Positions 47,990 through 57,343 of a stretch of DNA of 64,000 nucleotides are shown piece by piece. The translations under genes and the position numbers were made by a program. The DNA is taken from positions 42,210 to 106,209 of the forward strand of contig BTVY01000023.1 of NCBI GenBank assembly GCA_045863335.1. Reading direction: 5' to 3'. Numbering within the stretch: the stretch's first letter is position 1; the number at the start of each line of letters is the position of its first letter. Under the pieces are notes generated by a model. That model had not been told where the DNA came from and made no database searches. It was given only the letters and a program-made list of their open reading frames with translations. The stretch comes from Candidatus Hydrogenedentota bacterium (GTDB lineage Bacteria; Hydrogenedentota; Hydrogenedentia; Hydrogenedentales; SLHB01).

Positions 47990-50317
47990 GTGCTATTTCG
48001 TAGGTCCTTGCTGTGCATCCTGCCGTTAATGCTTCCGCACTTCGTATCGGCACAGCCTTCATTGGATGAAACTCCTGCAGCGCCGGGTGATTGGGGCTAT
48101 CGTCCTGGGAACAGTGAGACCACCGCAGTAAACCCTCCCGCGTTTTCCTGGCGGCCGACGGACGGTATCGCCACGTATACGGTACAAATCGCGACGGACG
48201 AGGCCTTTGAAAACCCCTTGCGCGAGCAGAACGGGATCGTGTGGAACACGTGGTGTCCGGACGCGTCCTTCCCGGCGGGCTCGCACTATTGGCGGTACCG
48301 GGGCGTGACCGAGTCCGGTGAAGAAACGGCGTGGAGCGAAGTTCGTTCGTTTACCATTCCGGCGGACGCACCGGCTTTTCCGCAGCCGACCCTTTCGGAG
48401 TTGCGCCGCCGCATGCCGAAGGAACATCCGCGCCTCTTCTACCGGCCCGAGGATATCGGCCACCTGAAGGAACTCGCCGCGGGACCCCTGTCCGAGCGGT
48501 GGCAGGCCCTCGTGGAGCACGCGGACAAACTGTTGGAATCGCCGCCGGACACCACCGAACCGCCCAAGTACCCCGAGGGCACGGTGCGCCTGAGCGAAGA
48601 GTGGAAGGCCATCTGGTGGGGCAACCGGCGCCGCGCCATTGCCGTGGCCGACAGTGCGGCGACGCTCGGTTTCGTGTACCGGATCAGCGGCAACGAGAAG
48701 TACGCGAAGGCCGCCCGGGACCTGCTCGTCGCGTTGACCACGTGGGACCCGGAAGGCTCGACGCAGTACAAATACAACGACGAAGCGGCCATGCCGCTCC
48801 TGTACATGACGTCCCGCGCGTACGACTGGGCGTACCCCGCGTTGAGCGAAGAGGACCGCAATGCCGTCATCGAAATGATGTGGATTCGTGGCGAGCAATG
48901 CTTCAATCATCTCGTCGGGCGGCAACACCTGTGGCACCCCTACGCGAGCCACAGCAATCGCGCCTGGCATTTCCTGGGTGAGTTGGCCATTGCCTTCCAC
49001 GGCGACTTTCCCGACGCGGACCGCTGGCTCGACTTCGCCATGACGGTGTTTTACACGGCCTACCCGGTCTGGAGCGATTCGGACGGTGGCTGGCACGAAG
49101 GGATCGCCTACTGGTCGAGCTACATGAGCCGGTTCATGTACTGGGCGCACACGGTGCGCGCGGCCTTCGGCATCGACGTGTTTGAACGTCCCTTCTTCCA
49201 GCGCGTCGGCGATTACGGCATGTACCTGCTGCCGCCCGGCATGAAGACGGGTGGGTTCAGCGATCAATCCACGGGCGTCACGTCGAGCAGCATCGGCCCG
49301 CTCATGGCGGTGTTCGCCGCAGGCGCGCGCAATCCGTACTGGAAGTGGTATGCGGACGAAGTGGACGCCGACATCGGCGGTGGGTACGTCGGATTCCTCG
49401 CTGCGGCCCACGCGCAGAACCTGGAAGCGAAAGCGCCCACGGACCGCCCGGAGTCGACTTGCTTCTACGGAACCGGGCTCGCCGCGCTGAACTCGAACCT
49501 GCTGGACGGCACGGCGAACCACCAGATCCAGTTCAAGAGCAGTCCCATGGGCCGGCAGAGCCACGGGTACAACGCGAACAACGCGTTTCTCTTGAACCTC
49601 AACGGCGAGCGCGTCTTCCTGCGCACGGGCAAACGCGACGTGTACGGCAGCCCCCATCATAAGGACTGGATGTGGCACAGCCGCTCCGACAACGCCATCC
49701 TCGTGAACGGCGCAGGGCAAGTGAAGCACAGCCCCAACGCGACTGGCCGCATCACTGCGTTCGCCACGTCGGACACGGTCGATGTGGTCGCCGGCGAAGC
49801 GGGCGCGTCATACGAGAACCTGGATCGCTGGTCGCGGCGTATTGTGTTCCTCAAACCAAATCTCATCGTAATCCACGATTGGCTCGAAGCGCCGGAGCCT
49901 TCCACCTTCCAATGGACCCTCCACGCGCCGGGTGCGTTCGAACTGGGCGAGAACACGGCCACGTGGTCCGGCGATCCCGGGCACGTGCGCGTGCGGTTCC
50001 TCGAACCGGCGGGATTGGCGCTCAGTCAGACCGATCAGTTCGATCCGCCGCCCGCGGAATGGGCGAACTTCAAACTGAACGAATGGCACCTCACCGCCGA
50101 CTGCGCGGAGAAAGCAAAAACGCGCGAGTTCGTAACCGTCATCGAGATCCTGGACGCGCCCGAACAAGCGCCGACGGACGTGTCGCTGGAACAAACTCCA
50201 GACGGAGCGCGGGTGGTGACCGTTACGACTGGCGCTTCGCCCACGCGCGTCCTGTTTGCTCGCGACGCCTTCGAAGTCGACGCGCCCGAGTTTGCTCACC
50301 ACTTCGAGGACGAGTAG
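47990..50317 (+). CDS. DUF4962 / heparinase II/III-like polysaccharide lyase
   Basis: NPPAFSW, YWRYR, EHPRLF, YDW.Y, SN, DGGWHEG..YW, SH...NN.F.L and HHKDW...S.NAILVNG; GTG start after AGGAGG. Confidence 0.8.
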   Translation: MLFRRSLLCILPLMLPHFVSAQPSLDETPAAPGDWGYRPGNSETTAVNPPAFSWRPTDGIATYTVQIATDEAFENPLREQNGIVWNTWCPDASFPAGSHYWRYRGVTESGEETAWSEVRSFTIPADAPAFPQPTLSELRRRMPKEHPRLFYRPEDIGHLKELAAGPLSERWQALVEHADKLLESPPDTTEPPKYPEGTVRLSEEWKAIWWGNRRRAIAVADSAATLGFVYRISGNEKYAKAARDLLVALTTWDPEGSTQYKYNDEAAMPLLYMTSRAYDWAYPALSEEDRNAVIEMMWIRGEQCFNHLVGRQHLWHPYASHSNRAWHFLGELAIAFHGDFPDADRWLDFAMTVFYTAYPVWSDSDGGWHEGIAYWSSYMSRFMYWAHTVRAAFGIDVFERPFFQRVGDYGMYLLPPGMKTGGFSDQSTGVTSSSIGPLMAVFAAGARNPYWKWYADEVDADIGGGYVGFLAAAHAQNLEAKAPTDRPESTCFYGTGLAALNSNLLDGTANHQIQFKSSPMGRQSHGYNANNAFLLNLNGERVFLRTGKRDVYGSPHHKDWMWHSRSDNAILVNGAGQVKHSPNATGRITAFATSDTVDVVAGEAGASYENLDRWSRRIVFLKPNLIVIHDWLEAPEPSTFQWTLHAPGAFELGENTATWSGDPGHVRVRFLEPAGLALSQTDQFDPPPAEWANFKLNEWHLTADCAEKAKTREFVTVIEILDAPEQAPTDVSLEQTPDGARVVTVTTGASPTRVLFARDAFEVDAPEFAHHFEDE

Positions 50318-50770
50318 AGGATGTAGGGACAACTGCCGTTTTCCTCCTGAATTTGGAGGTACCTCCGCAATGGCACGGAAATGGAACGCGGCAGTTCTCA
50401 TTCAACCGGCCCCAGTCTTCTTCTGGGGCCGGTGGCGTCGCCACAACCCTGCGGGATAAGATGGGCGGGGGACGCCAATCCAGTACCGGACCAGGGGGAA
50501 CACGCCATGACCGCGGCATTTGGATCCCGAACTTTTTTCACGTAACGCTTCTGGTTCGGTCTTTCCCGCCCAACGAGGTAATCCGGACTTTAGTCTATTC
50601 ACCCGGTGTTGATAGTCGCCTCTCAAATACAAATTGCAGCATAAATTTGGCTTGCTCACCACCATATATTGTGGTACATTGGAACTTGAACTTGACGAGC
50701 TTCACGGTAGGCACGCATTCTCAGTGTCGCAGACGGGACGGTCCGACCATGGGAGGCAAGGGGAATTTCC

Positions 50771-50800
50771 TTGACATTCTAGTCTTTCGGAAGATAGTAT
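50771..50800 (+). promoter_or_regulatory. Possible sigma70 promoter for the island two-gene module
   Basis: TTGACA-N18-TAGTAT. Confidence 0.4.
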
Positions 50801-50954
50801 TTTAGGATCTACCGCGTGAGATCGCGTCCCACGATGCATGTATACAGCGTTCGGCATACCTACATTTACAAGAATGGAAATTCGTCGCAGGAAGAATAGC
50901 TCTTGAGCGGAGCAAACGAGAGTAGGGTGCAGAAAATCGAAAGGAGGGATACCT

Positions 50955-51194
50955 ATGTCGCCCAACACGGAGCGTAGTGTGTGTGGTGGCGAATCTAGGT
51001 CTAGTTCTGATTGGAAGGGTTTGATTGACGTTGATCTGCCCGAGATTGGCCCTGTTACGACTGATGTGGTCAAAAAAGCGCATGGACTTTCCGACCGGAT
51101 CCGAGGTTCTGTGCGTCTCGCTCTAGGTTTAATCTGGACCGACAAGGATTACGAAGAGTATCGGAATAAGGTCTTAAAGCGGCCTTTACCTTAA
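50955..51194 (+). CDS. Small hypothetical protein (79 aa)
   Basis: Strong AAGGAGG RBS; protein-like C-terminus RGSVRLALGLIWTDKDYEEYRNKVLKRPLP. Confidence 0.65.
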   Translation: MSPNTERSVCGGESRSSSDWKGLIDVDLPEIGPVTTDVVKKAHGLSDRIRGSVRLALGLIWTDKDYEEYRNKVLKRPLP

Positions 51195-51258
51195 AGCGAG
51201 TTCGCGCTGCAATCTTTTCAGAGGGGGAGGTCACTGTCTTTATGGGAGCGAAAAGCGG

Positions 51259-51978
51259 TTGATGGGAGACACTGACGCCCACAAGAATACTGAAGCAGAT
51301 GATTACTGGAAAGCGTTAGTGCAGGTCCACCAACACACGAAGGATTTATATCTCGTCGGGGAGGAAAGCAATCCAGAACTAAAGACGTGGCTTCAACCAA
51401 TTCGAGAGCAACGCGATGCGCTCGAACACATTGTTAGGTCCCAAGCGCGGGCCTATGACATTAGGTCAAACGCGGATGGTCAGGATCCAGCTACTCCTAA
51501 CGAAGATGACGCCACCGAAGACGCAGAATACATAAAGAGCAATCTGCGGCACGCACTGGGGCACGAAGTACGTGCCTTCTTCGACGTTGCGGACTATCTA
51601 TGCATAGTAGCGCGCGACAATATTACGAAGTCAATGTCGGACTACGAGAACAAGGCAATTGCTGACGTGTTCCCAAGTTACTACACCGAAATAAGGCCAG
51701 ACCTTGAGTCGATTAGCAAGAATATAGCGAAGATTCGACAGAAGAAGGACATCGCAGAAATCGCCGAGTGCAACGAACTCGTCGTCAAATATAAGGATGT
51801 TGTGCTCACGGTTTTAAGCAAGTCGGAATCAGTATCGACGCGCATACCGGCATTGGAGGAATACACCCGAAAGAACCGTGTGAAACAGATTAGGGATTAC
51901 AGCGTTCAGTTCGTTATAGGATTCGTTCTTGTAATCTTCGCCGCGGTCTTGGGATATATCTTCGGGGCCAATAGCTGA
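51259..51978 (+). CDS. Alpha-helical hypothetical protein with C-terminal TM anchor
   Basis: 239-aa ORF in low-GC DNA; HEPN-like E.RDALEH helix; terminal FVIGFVLVIFAAVLGYIFG. Confidence 0.75.
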   Translation: MMGDTDAHKNTEADDYWKALVQVHQHTKDLYLVGEESNPELKTWLQPIREQRDALEHIVRSQARAYDIRSNADGQDPATPNEDDATEDAEYIKSNLRHALGHEVRAFFDVADYLCIVARDNITKSMSDYENKAIADVFPSYYTEIRPDLESISKNIAKIRQKKDIAEIAECNELVVKYKDVVLTVLSKSESVSTRIPALEEYTRKNRVKQIRDYSVQFVIGFVLVIFAAVLGYIFGANS

Positions 51979-52093
51979 GATGGCTAACCCGTAGTCTTTG
52001 CCAATCTACCTACTTTCAGCGCCTGATACATTATGCACAAGCGAGTTCCACGGGCAAAACAGACCACCGTCTTGCGTTGGATGAAGCGGCACC

Positions 52094-53323
52094 CTACTTC
52101 AAACTGCGCCAATTGCGCCGGAGTACCGGCCCACGTGCTTTGTTAATTATCGTGAGCGCGTCGCGATTAGCGTCAAGAGGGCTGTTGGCGGAAGGACTAC
52201 TCCCAAGAAAATCGCGGTGACGTCCACGCACGCCGTCTTCGTGCAAGGATTCGAGTAAACTCTCGGAATTCTGAAGCAAGGCTAGTTGTGCCGCAACTGT
52301 TTCATCGAATGACTTTTTCACGCATGCGCGGCATTGCGAATGCAGACAATTCAGATAGTGGCGAAAAGCGTCTTGCTCCGATAGCCCCACCGTTGTTGGC
52401 CTGGGTCCGCTGAAAATCTCCGGAAGCCTGCCCCAAGCCGAATTCTCAGGATCTTGAAGTAGGTGTAACACGCCATTTCTATGCGCAACATCCAGCGTCG
52501 CCGCGTTGAATTCTGACAAAGCCTGGGGGCAATAGTACCATACACCTCGTCTCTTCGTTTCATCCTCAAGTGCGTCCCGGAACTTTTCCGGAGGAAAGGC
52601 CCTCACATTCATCCACGTTCCTGAACAGATCGCATCCGCGCGCACGAGTCCAGCCAATAGCTGTTGGTGACTGCAGTAACCTATGATTGCCGTTCTTCCT
52701 CTGAGTTTTATCCCAGCGACCAGATCTAAGAGATTCGCCATCCATATCGGATCTGCAACCAAATAGCTCCCACGCGGATGCTCACACACGATATAGTAAC
52801 CGCCCACATCCCAATCAGAGATGGATTCCAGCAAGTTATCAATCTGATCTTGGTCAGCTAATGCCCCCTCCGACAGTGCGAGGGTCGGGATGACTGGCAT
52901 ATCAAGATTGAGGGACAAAGCCGCGCTTAAGAAAGCCTCCTGCGTTGCCAACCAGTGTTCGTCAACAGAACTAGCAACTAAGCCCGGAAGAATTAATGCG
53001 CTTGTCTCAATCTGCGCGTTTACTCGATGCAACTTTTTTACCAATGCGGATGCGCGATTACTTTGCCAGAATAAACCGGAGTCGTAGTCCTTCGGCCACC
53101 ATGGATGCGAGCATAACCTACGATGGTCTCCGTGCGGAACATAGAACTGAGGATCGAGGTAGATCTGGACGTTCGCGAGTGCTGCCAGTTCTTTACCGAA
53201 CGAAACCATTCGATCCGGCTCAATGTCGCGAGGGCTGAGGACGACAGCGCCTCCGTTCCAATGTTTGAGTAGACATCTGCAGTGTTCCATCATTCCATTG
53301 CCAAATTGAAGAAATAGTTCCAC
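52094..53323 (-). CDS. Hypothetical TIM-barrel-like protein (beta-protein/sce7725-like by inference)
   Basis: 409 aa; GGAGG RBS; alternating beta/alpha motifs LQFG.G, VVLSPRD, YLDPQFY.P, IIGY, ICSGTW.NVR.F, WYY.P and HYL. Confidence 0.6.
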   Translation of the reverse strand: MELFLQFGNGMMEHCRCLLKHWNGGAVVLSPRDIEPDRMVSFGKELAALANVQIYLDPQFYVPHGDHRRLCSHPWWPKDYDSGLFWQSNRASALVKKLHRVNAQIETSALILPGLVASSVDEHWLATQEAFLSAALSLNLDMPVIPTLALSEGALADQDQIDNLLESISDWDVGGYYIVCEHPRGSYLVADPIWMANLLDLVAGIKLRGRTAIIGYCSHQQLLAGLVRADAICSGTWMNVRAFPPEKFRDALEDETKRRGVWYYCPQALSEFNAATLDVAHRNGVLHLLQDPENSAWGRLPEIFSGPRPTTVGLSEQDAFRHYLNCLHSQCRACVKKSFDETVAAQLALLQNSESLLESLHEDGVRGRHRDFLGSSPSANSPLDANRDALTIINKARGPVLRRNWRSLK

Positions 53324-53341
53324 GATTTGCAGCCTCCCGTC

Positions 53342-54208
53342 TCATGTGGCTTTGACTCCTTCGTCGCCACAGATCTCTACGGCCCAGTCATATGCGTCTG
53401 CCACCGTTCGAGGGCGATGCTCCCTTCGTTTCTGTGTCATGGCGATGATTAAATCTCTTAAGCCGTTAGTAGACAATGAAGCAAGATCCAAAGGTGGTAA
53501 TGCGATCCTCTCTGTTCGCCTCATGATCTCGAGTGGGTCGCGAGTTCCTCTCCTGAACGGATTGGTTCCAGTGGCGGCTTCGAAGGCGGTAACCCCTAGC
53601 GCGAACAGATCGGCGCGTGAATCGATTTCTCGCTTTACGTTGTAGCACTGCTCCGGCGGTGCGTAACCAGGCGTAATTTTCCCGAATGGGTGATGAGTTG
53701 GAGTGAGCGACTCCATTGTTAAGTGGCGCGCAATTCCAAAGTCAATCAGCCAGTAAGACGAATCGTCGTAGTGCTGAATGATATTCTCCGGCTTGACGTC
53801 CCGATGTACGATTTCGGCTTTCTCCGCAGCGCGAAGAGATTCAAGCGTATCGAGTAACAGTCGAATTATCTGCTTTGGCTGCAGAACGCCGCGGTTGATA
53901 ACATCTCGTAGACTGTGTCCGGGCACCATCTCTTCGACAAGCCAAACCACTTGGCCTAGCGGAGTAGTTTTCACGCCGTCCTCTAGGATTCGCGGAGTTC
54001 GCCGAGAGCATGCGGAGCGAACGGCCAGAATCTCTCGCTTCACAAGTTCGGGATCTTGGGCAATGTTGATAAGTTTCAACACAACGTCGCCATGGCGGTT
54101 GCTTCGGCAACCAAGAACCGTTTTCTGTCCCCCTTGACCGAGGGGGGTGAAACCGTCCAGATCCGTAAACTCAGCTTCTACCCATCGCTTTAGGTCTTGC
54201 ACAGGCAA
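53342..54208 (-). CDS. Hanks-type serine/threonine protein kinase (stand-alone, cytoplasmic)
   Basis: GQGGQK.V, VVLK, REI, HRDVKPEN, IDFG, TPGYAPPE, DLFALG and RP; no TM or sensor domain. Confidence 0.93.
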   Translation of the reverse strand: MPVQDLKRWVEAEFTDLDGFTPLGQGGQKTVLGCRSNRHGDVVLKLINIAQDPELVKREILAVRSACSRRTPRILEDGVKTTPLGQVVWLVEEMVPGHSLRDVINRGVLQPKQIIRLLLDTLESLRAAEKAEIVHRDVKPENIIQHYDDSSYWLIDFGIARHLTMESLTPTHHPFGKITPGYAPPEQCYNVKREIDSRADLFALGVTAFEAATGTNPFRRGTRDPLEIMRRTERIALPPLDLASLSTNGLRDLIIAMTQKRREHRPRTVADAYDWAVEICGDEGVKAT

Positions 54209-54223
54209 TATCCGTTGCGAGAG

Positions 54224-54925
54224 TCAAACGCAGCGCCATACCCGCCACGCCCAATCGTTAAAGAGCCAAGTAGCATAGGAGACAGGACCTCTGCTTTTAC
54301 CCGGAGTAGTAATAATACTAGTATTTTCCTTGGTGCATATTCCAATTCCTCTCCTTTTCGCCTGCTCAAGCCATCCATGACCTTTTGGGAGTTCGGGTAG
54401 CAGTACGAATGAGGCAGACGCGAACCAAGTGTTCAGGTGCGCTTGTGCCAAAACGGATCGTATTTGATTCGTTTTTGCTTCAATCGCCACAACGCCTTGG
54501 GCCGCGTACGTGCGAGAGAGGGAGATAGGTATCCAGGAGTGATGAAGTTTGCGTATTAGCCGGGCGCGGCGAAGTCTCTCTACGCTCTCTTCTACACGCC
54601 GCCCCAGAATTCGTTTGAGATGTCCACTTTCTGCCCCCCCAATACCTCGGAGCAATTCAAGCAACCGAAAATCGCATTGCAGGAGATCCTCTCGCTCGGT
54701 TGGCCATTCCTCCGCTGTAGGTTGATGCAGGAACACCAAAACGATATCGGGAAAACCCGACTCGATTGCCGGTTCGACAAAAGCCAGAGCAACACAATTC
54801 TTCGGCGTGCGAAATGGCCTAGCGTCAAGAAACCAATTCACTAGGTCGAGTTCTGGACCCGGCTTAGACTTTCGGAGTCGAAGATTGAGTTTTTCCGGCA
54901 GTGTCGTGTGCGTGATCACCCGCAT
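54224..54925 (-). CDS. Putative PD-(D/E)XK-fold nuclease with inserted winged-helix (sce7726/MmcB-like by inference)
   Basis: E.(AI)ESGFPDIV ... AIEAK ... QA.LN.WFA..SFV.LP ... GIG; basic helical insert between PD and EAK. Confidence 0.6.
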   Translation of the reverse strand: MRVITHTTLPEKLNLRLRKSKPGPELDLVNWFLDARPFRTPKNCVALAFVEPAIESGFPDIVLVFLHQPTAEEWPTEREDLLQCDFRLLELLRGIGGAESGHLKRILGRRVEESVERLRRARLIRKLHHSWIPISLSRTYAAQGVVAIEAKTNQIRSVLAQAHLNTWFASASFVLLPELPKGHGWLEQAKRRGIGICTKENTSIITTPGKSRGPVSYATWLFNDWAWRVWRCV

Positions 54926-55080
54926 CTCGGATTACTTCCCAGCCCTCATATGCGTAAGGGGCATATAGCCCTAGTGAGTCCATGATACAGGGGGCTACCC
55001 GTTGGCATCAACGATGCCCCGGCCTACCGTCTTGGTGCTTGAATCATTGTGAACCTGCTGCAGATCTGCCCGCGATGCGC

Positions 55081-56874
55081 TTACACCTTCAGGCCGACCG
55101 CGCGCATGAGTTCGAGGGCGTTGCTTTTCTGGACGACACCGGGCCGCATGCGGTAGTCGAAGACGAGCTTGCCCTCTTCGAGATGATCTTCGAAGTGGAC
55201 GTTGGTGGCGCGGGGTCCGAGATCGTCCGCGGTCTTTGCCAATGCCAAGTCGTGCGTTGTGACCAGGCCCGCGGCGCCGGCCTCAAGCAGCCCGCGCACG
55301 ATGGCGTCGGCGCCGATCTTCCGATCGTGAGAGTTGGTCCCGTGGAGTATTTCGTCCAACAGAAACAGCAGCGGGAGCGGTCCTGCCGCGAGGTCCACGA
55401 GTTGCCGGATCTTGCTGATCTCCGCGTAGAACCGCGAACTGCCGGCTTGAATTGAGTCCTGGATGCGCAAGGTCGCGCCAATGGCCATGGGGGACACCGT
55501 CAACTTCTCTACGCGAACCGGAGCGCCCGCGAGGGCGAGGACCGTGTTGATGCCGACGGTCCGCAGTAGCGTGCTCTTCCCCGACATGTTGGAACCGCTG
55601 ACGACGAGCAGTCGCAATTCACCGCCAAATGCCACGTCGTTCGCAACACATGCGTCCTCGGACAAGAGCGGATGCCCCGCCTGTATCGCTTCGAAGCGCG
55701 GCCCTTCCTGCACGATCTCCGGAAAGGGATCGCCGGGATGCTCGTAGGCGTACGCGGCGAAGGCGCCCAGGGCTTCGAGGTCGCCCACGGCTTCCAGCCA
55801 ACGTGCGATGTGAGCGCCGTAGGTCATTCGCCAACGTTCGAACGCATACGCGAAATGAACGTCCCACATCGTGACGATGGCCAAGGGCGCGAAAAGCTGG
55901 TTGCCGCGCGCTTCATGCCAGGTGAGCAGGCGCTGGAAATGCCGTATGCAGTCCGATGCGGAACGTCCATTCTCGATCATTAACCCGTGTACCCGTTTCA
56001 GGCGCTCGCAGGTGAACGGCTCCCGCTCCAAACGCGCAAGCACGTCGCCGAGCACGTGCAGCTCGCGCCCCGGCTCCTCCACGTCTTTAAGCACCTTGCG
56101 CACGCGTTGTTGTGTGACGCGGTTGAGGGCCCACACCCCGATGACGGCGACCGCGAACGGCAGGGGTCCCGTTCCAAGAACCGCCCAACCAAGAAGCGAC
56201 GCCAAAGAAACCGCAGCGACCATATGCGCAACGCGCAGCGGTGTTCTCGTGGCGAACACGGCCGGGCCCTTACCCCATTGCGCGATCACCTCCGGCAAGA
56301 CGCCGCGCCGGATATCGGATCCGAGCAACGCCAGCTCTTCACGGAGGTCCAGCCGGGGCCGCAACTCGTCCACTGCTTTCTGGCGCGCGCGGATTTCTTC
56401 GGGTTCCGCGGGACCGAGCAACCAGTCCGCGAGGGTGCGTTCGCCCGCGCGCGTGCGTGCCGTGCACAACAATTCGAAAAGGGACCCTTCACCGAATAGA
56501 TCCAGATCAGCGGCGTAAGGATGGGAATCGGAAACCAGATCGAGGCCGGGAAGGCCTTTGCCAGCCCAGTTGCCTTCGAGCCGCGCGATACAACGTTCGT
56601 AGTAGGAAACGGCCGCGTCGGCCCGCGTTCTCGCGCGGAGCGCGTAGTCATGCGCAACGACCAGTACCGCGAACCCCAATGCCGGCGCCACGAGCCACCA
56701 CGGGCTGGCGAGTTTCATACCGAAGGTAAGCCAAGCCAAGACGAGCGCCAACACAAAGACGGCGAGCCGCATGTTGGAGATCCAATCGGAACGCCGTTCC
56801 AGAGCGTCCGCCGTAGTGCGGCGCGCGGCCAACCGGGATTCGTATTCAGCACGGGGATTCGATTGCTGCATCAT
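55081..56874 (-). CDS. Membrane-anchored MutS-family ATPase (domains III/V only)
   Basis: Two N-terminal TM pairs; HPY..DLDLFG; GHPL, SGSNMSGKSTLLR, S.FYAE, LLDEILHGTNS.DR and TTHDL. Confidence 0.88.
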   Translation of the reverse strand: MMQQSNPRAEYESRLAARRTTADALERRSDWISNMRLAVFVLALVLAWLTFGMKLASPWWLVAPALGFAVLVVAHDYALRARTRADAAVSYYERCIARLEGNWAGKGLPGLDLVSDSHPYAADLDLFGEGSLFELLCTARTRAGERTLADWLLGPAEPEEIRARQKAVDELRPRLDLREELALLGSDIRRGVLPEVIAQWGKGPAVFATRTPLRVAHMVAAVSLASLLGWAVLGTGPLPFAVAVIGVWALNRVTQQRVRKVLKDVEEPGRELHVLGDVLARLEREPFTCERLKRVHGLMIENGRSASDCIRHFQRLLTWHEARGNQLFAPLAIVTMWDVHFAYAFERWRMTYGAHIARWLEAVGDLEALGAFAAYAYEHPGDPFPEIVQEGPRFEAIQAGHPLLSEDACVANDVAFGGELRLLVVSGSNMSGKSTLLRTVGINTVLALAGAPVRVEKLTVSPMAIGATLRIQDSIQAGSSRFYAEISKIRQLVDLAAGPLPLLFLLDEILHGTNSHDRKIGADAIVRGLLEAGAAGLVTTHDLALAKTADDLGPRATNVHFEDHLEEGKLVFDYRMRPGVVQKSNALELMRAVGLKV

Positions 56875-57305
56875 CGCGAAACTATAGCATAGGGTCCAGT
56901 CCGAACCCGCAGGTGCCACTTCGGCTTCATGCGTCCGAAATCGGTCCGGATGTTGGAGGCCAACCCCTTCTTAGGATCGAGAACGTAGCATCCTTCCGTC
57001 TCGCGCGCGAATACGACCCAATGCCAGTGAGGTCGTCCCCTTTCCAGGTGCCACTTGATCGCCAGCAGCGCTAGGTCCGGCAGCGAATCCCAATCCGTAA
57101 ATGGAGATTCGCTGCCGTTAACGCGGAAACCAAGCCGCGTCAGCAAACGGATCATAGGCCGCGTCTCTGACCAGAGCGCCGAATCATCCACATGAATGCC
57201 AAGGGCGTTTGCGACGCGCTTGGCTTCCTTGTACGTCGTACCGGACAACGCGGCCGCGCATGCGATCGCACATCCGGTCGGGTCCTCTTGAACAACGGGT
57301 TTCAC
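56871..57305 (-). CDS. Stand-alone peptidase C39-like (papain-fold) protein
   Basis: VVQEDPTGCAIAC (Q...C), HWVV and VLDP catalytic pattern; GTG start; stop overlaps the MutS-like start. Confidence 0.65.
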   Translation of the reverse strand: MKPVVQEDPTGCAIACAAALSGTTYKEAKRVANALGIHVDDSALWSETRPMIRLLTRLGFRVNGSESPFTDWDSLPDLALLAIKWHLERGRPHWHWVVFARETEGCYVLDPKKGLASNIRTDFGRMKPKWHLRVRTGPYAIVSR

Positions 57306-57343
57306 TCGTGAACCTTTTCCGGGCTCATCGCGGCAGGCGTCGC

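Larger units (their letters stand above)
50318..55080. other. Low-GC accessory island (no integrase seen)
   Basis: Visible GC drop (line 53401-53460 is 30/60 GC; line 55681-55740 is 39/60); A/T-ending codons; orphan genes. Confidence 0.75.

Noticed and set aside
50318-55080. Prophage or integrative element call for the island
   Set aside because: No integrase, phage genes, tRNA target or att-like direct repeats visible
55081-56874. Canonical mismatch-repair mutS
   Set aside because: No N-terminal mismatch-binding domain, too short, has TM helices; symbol not assigned
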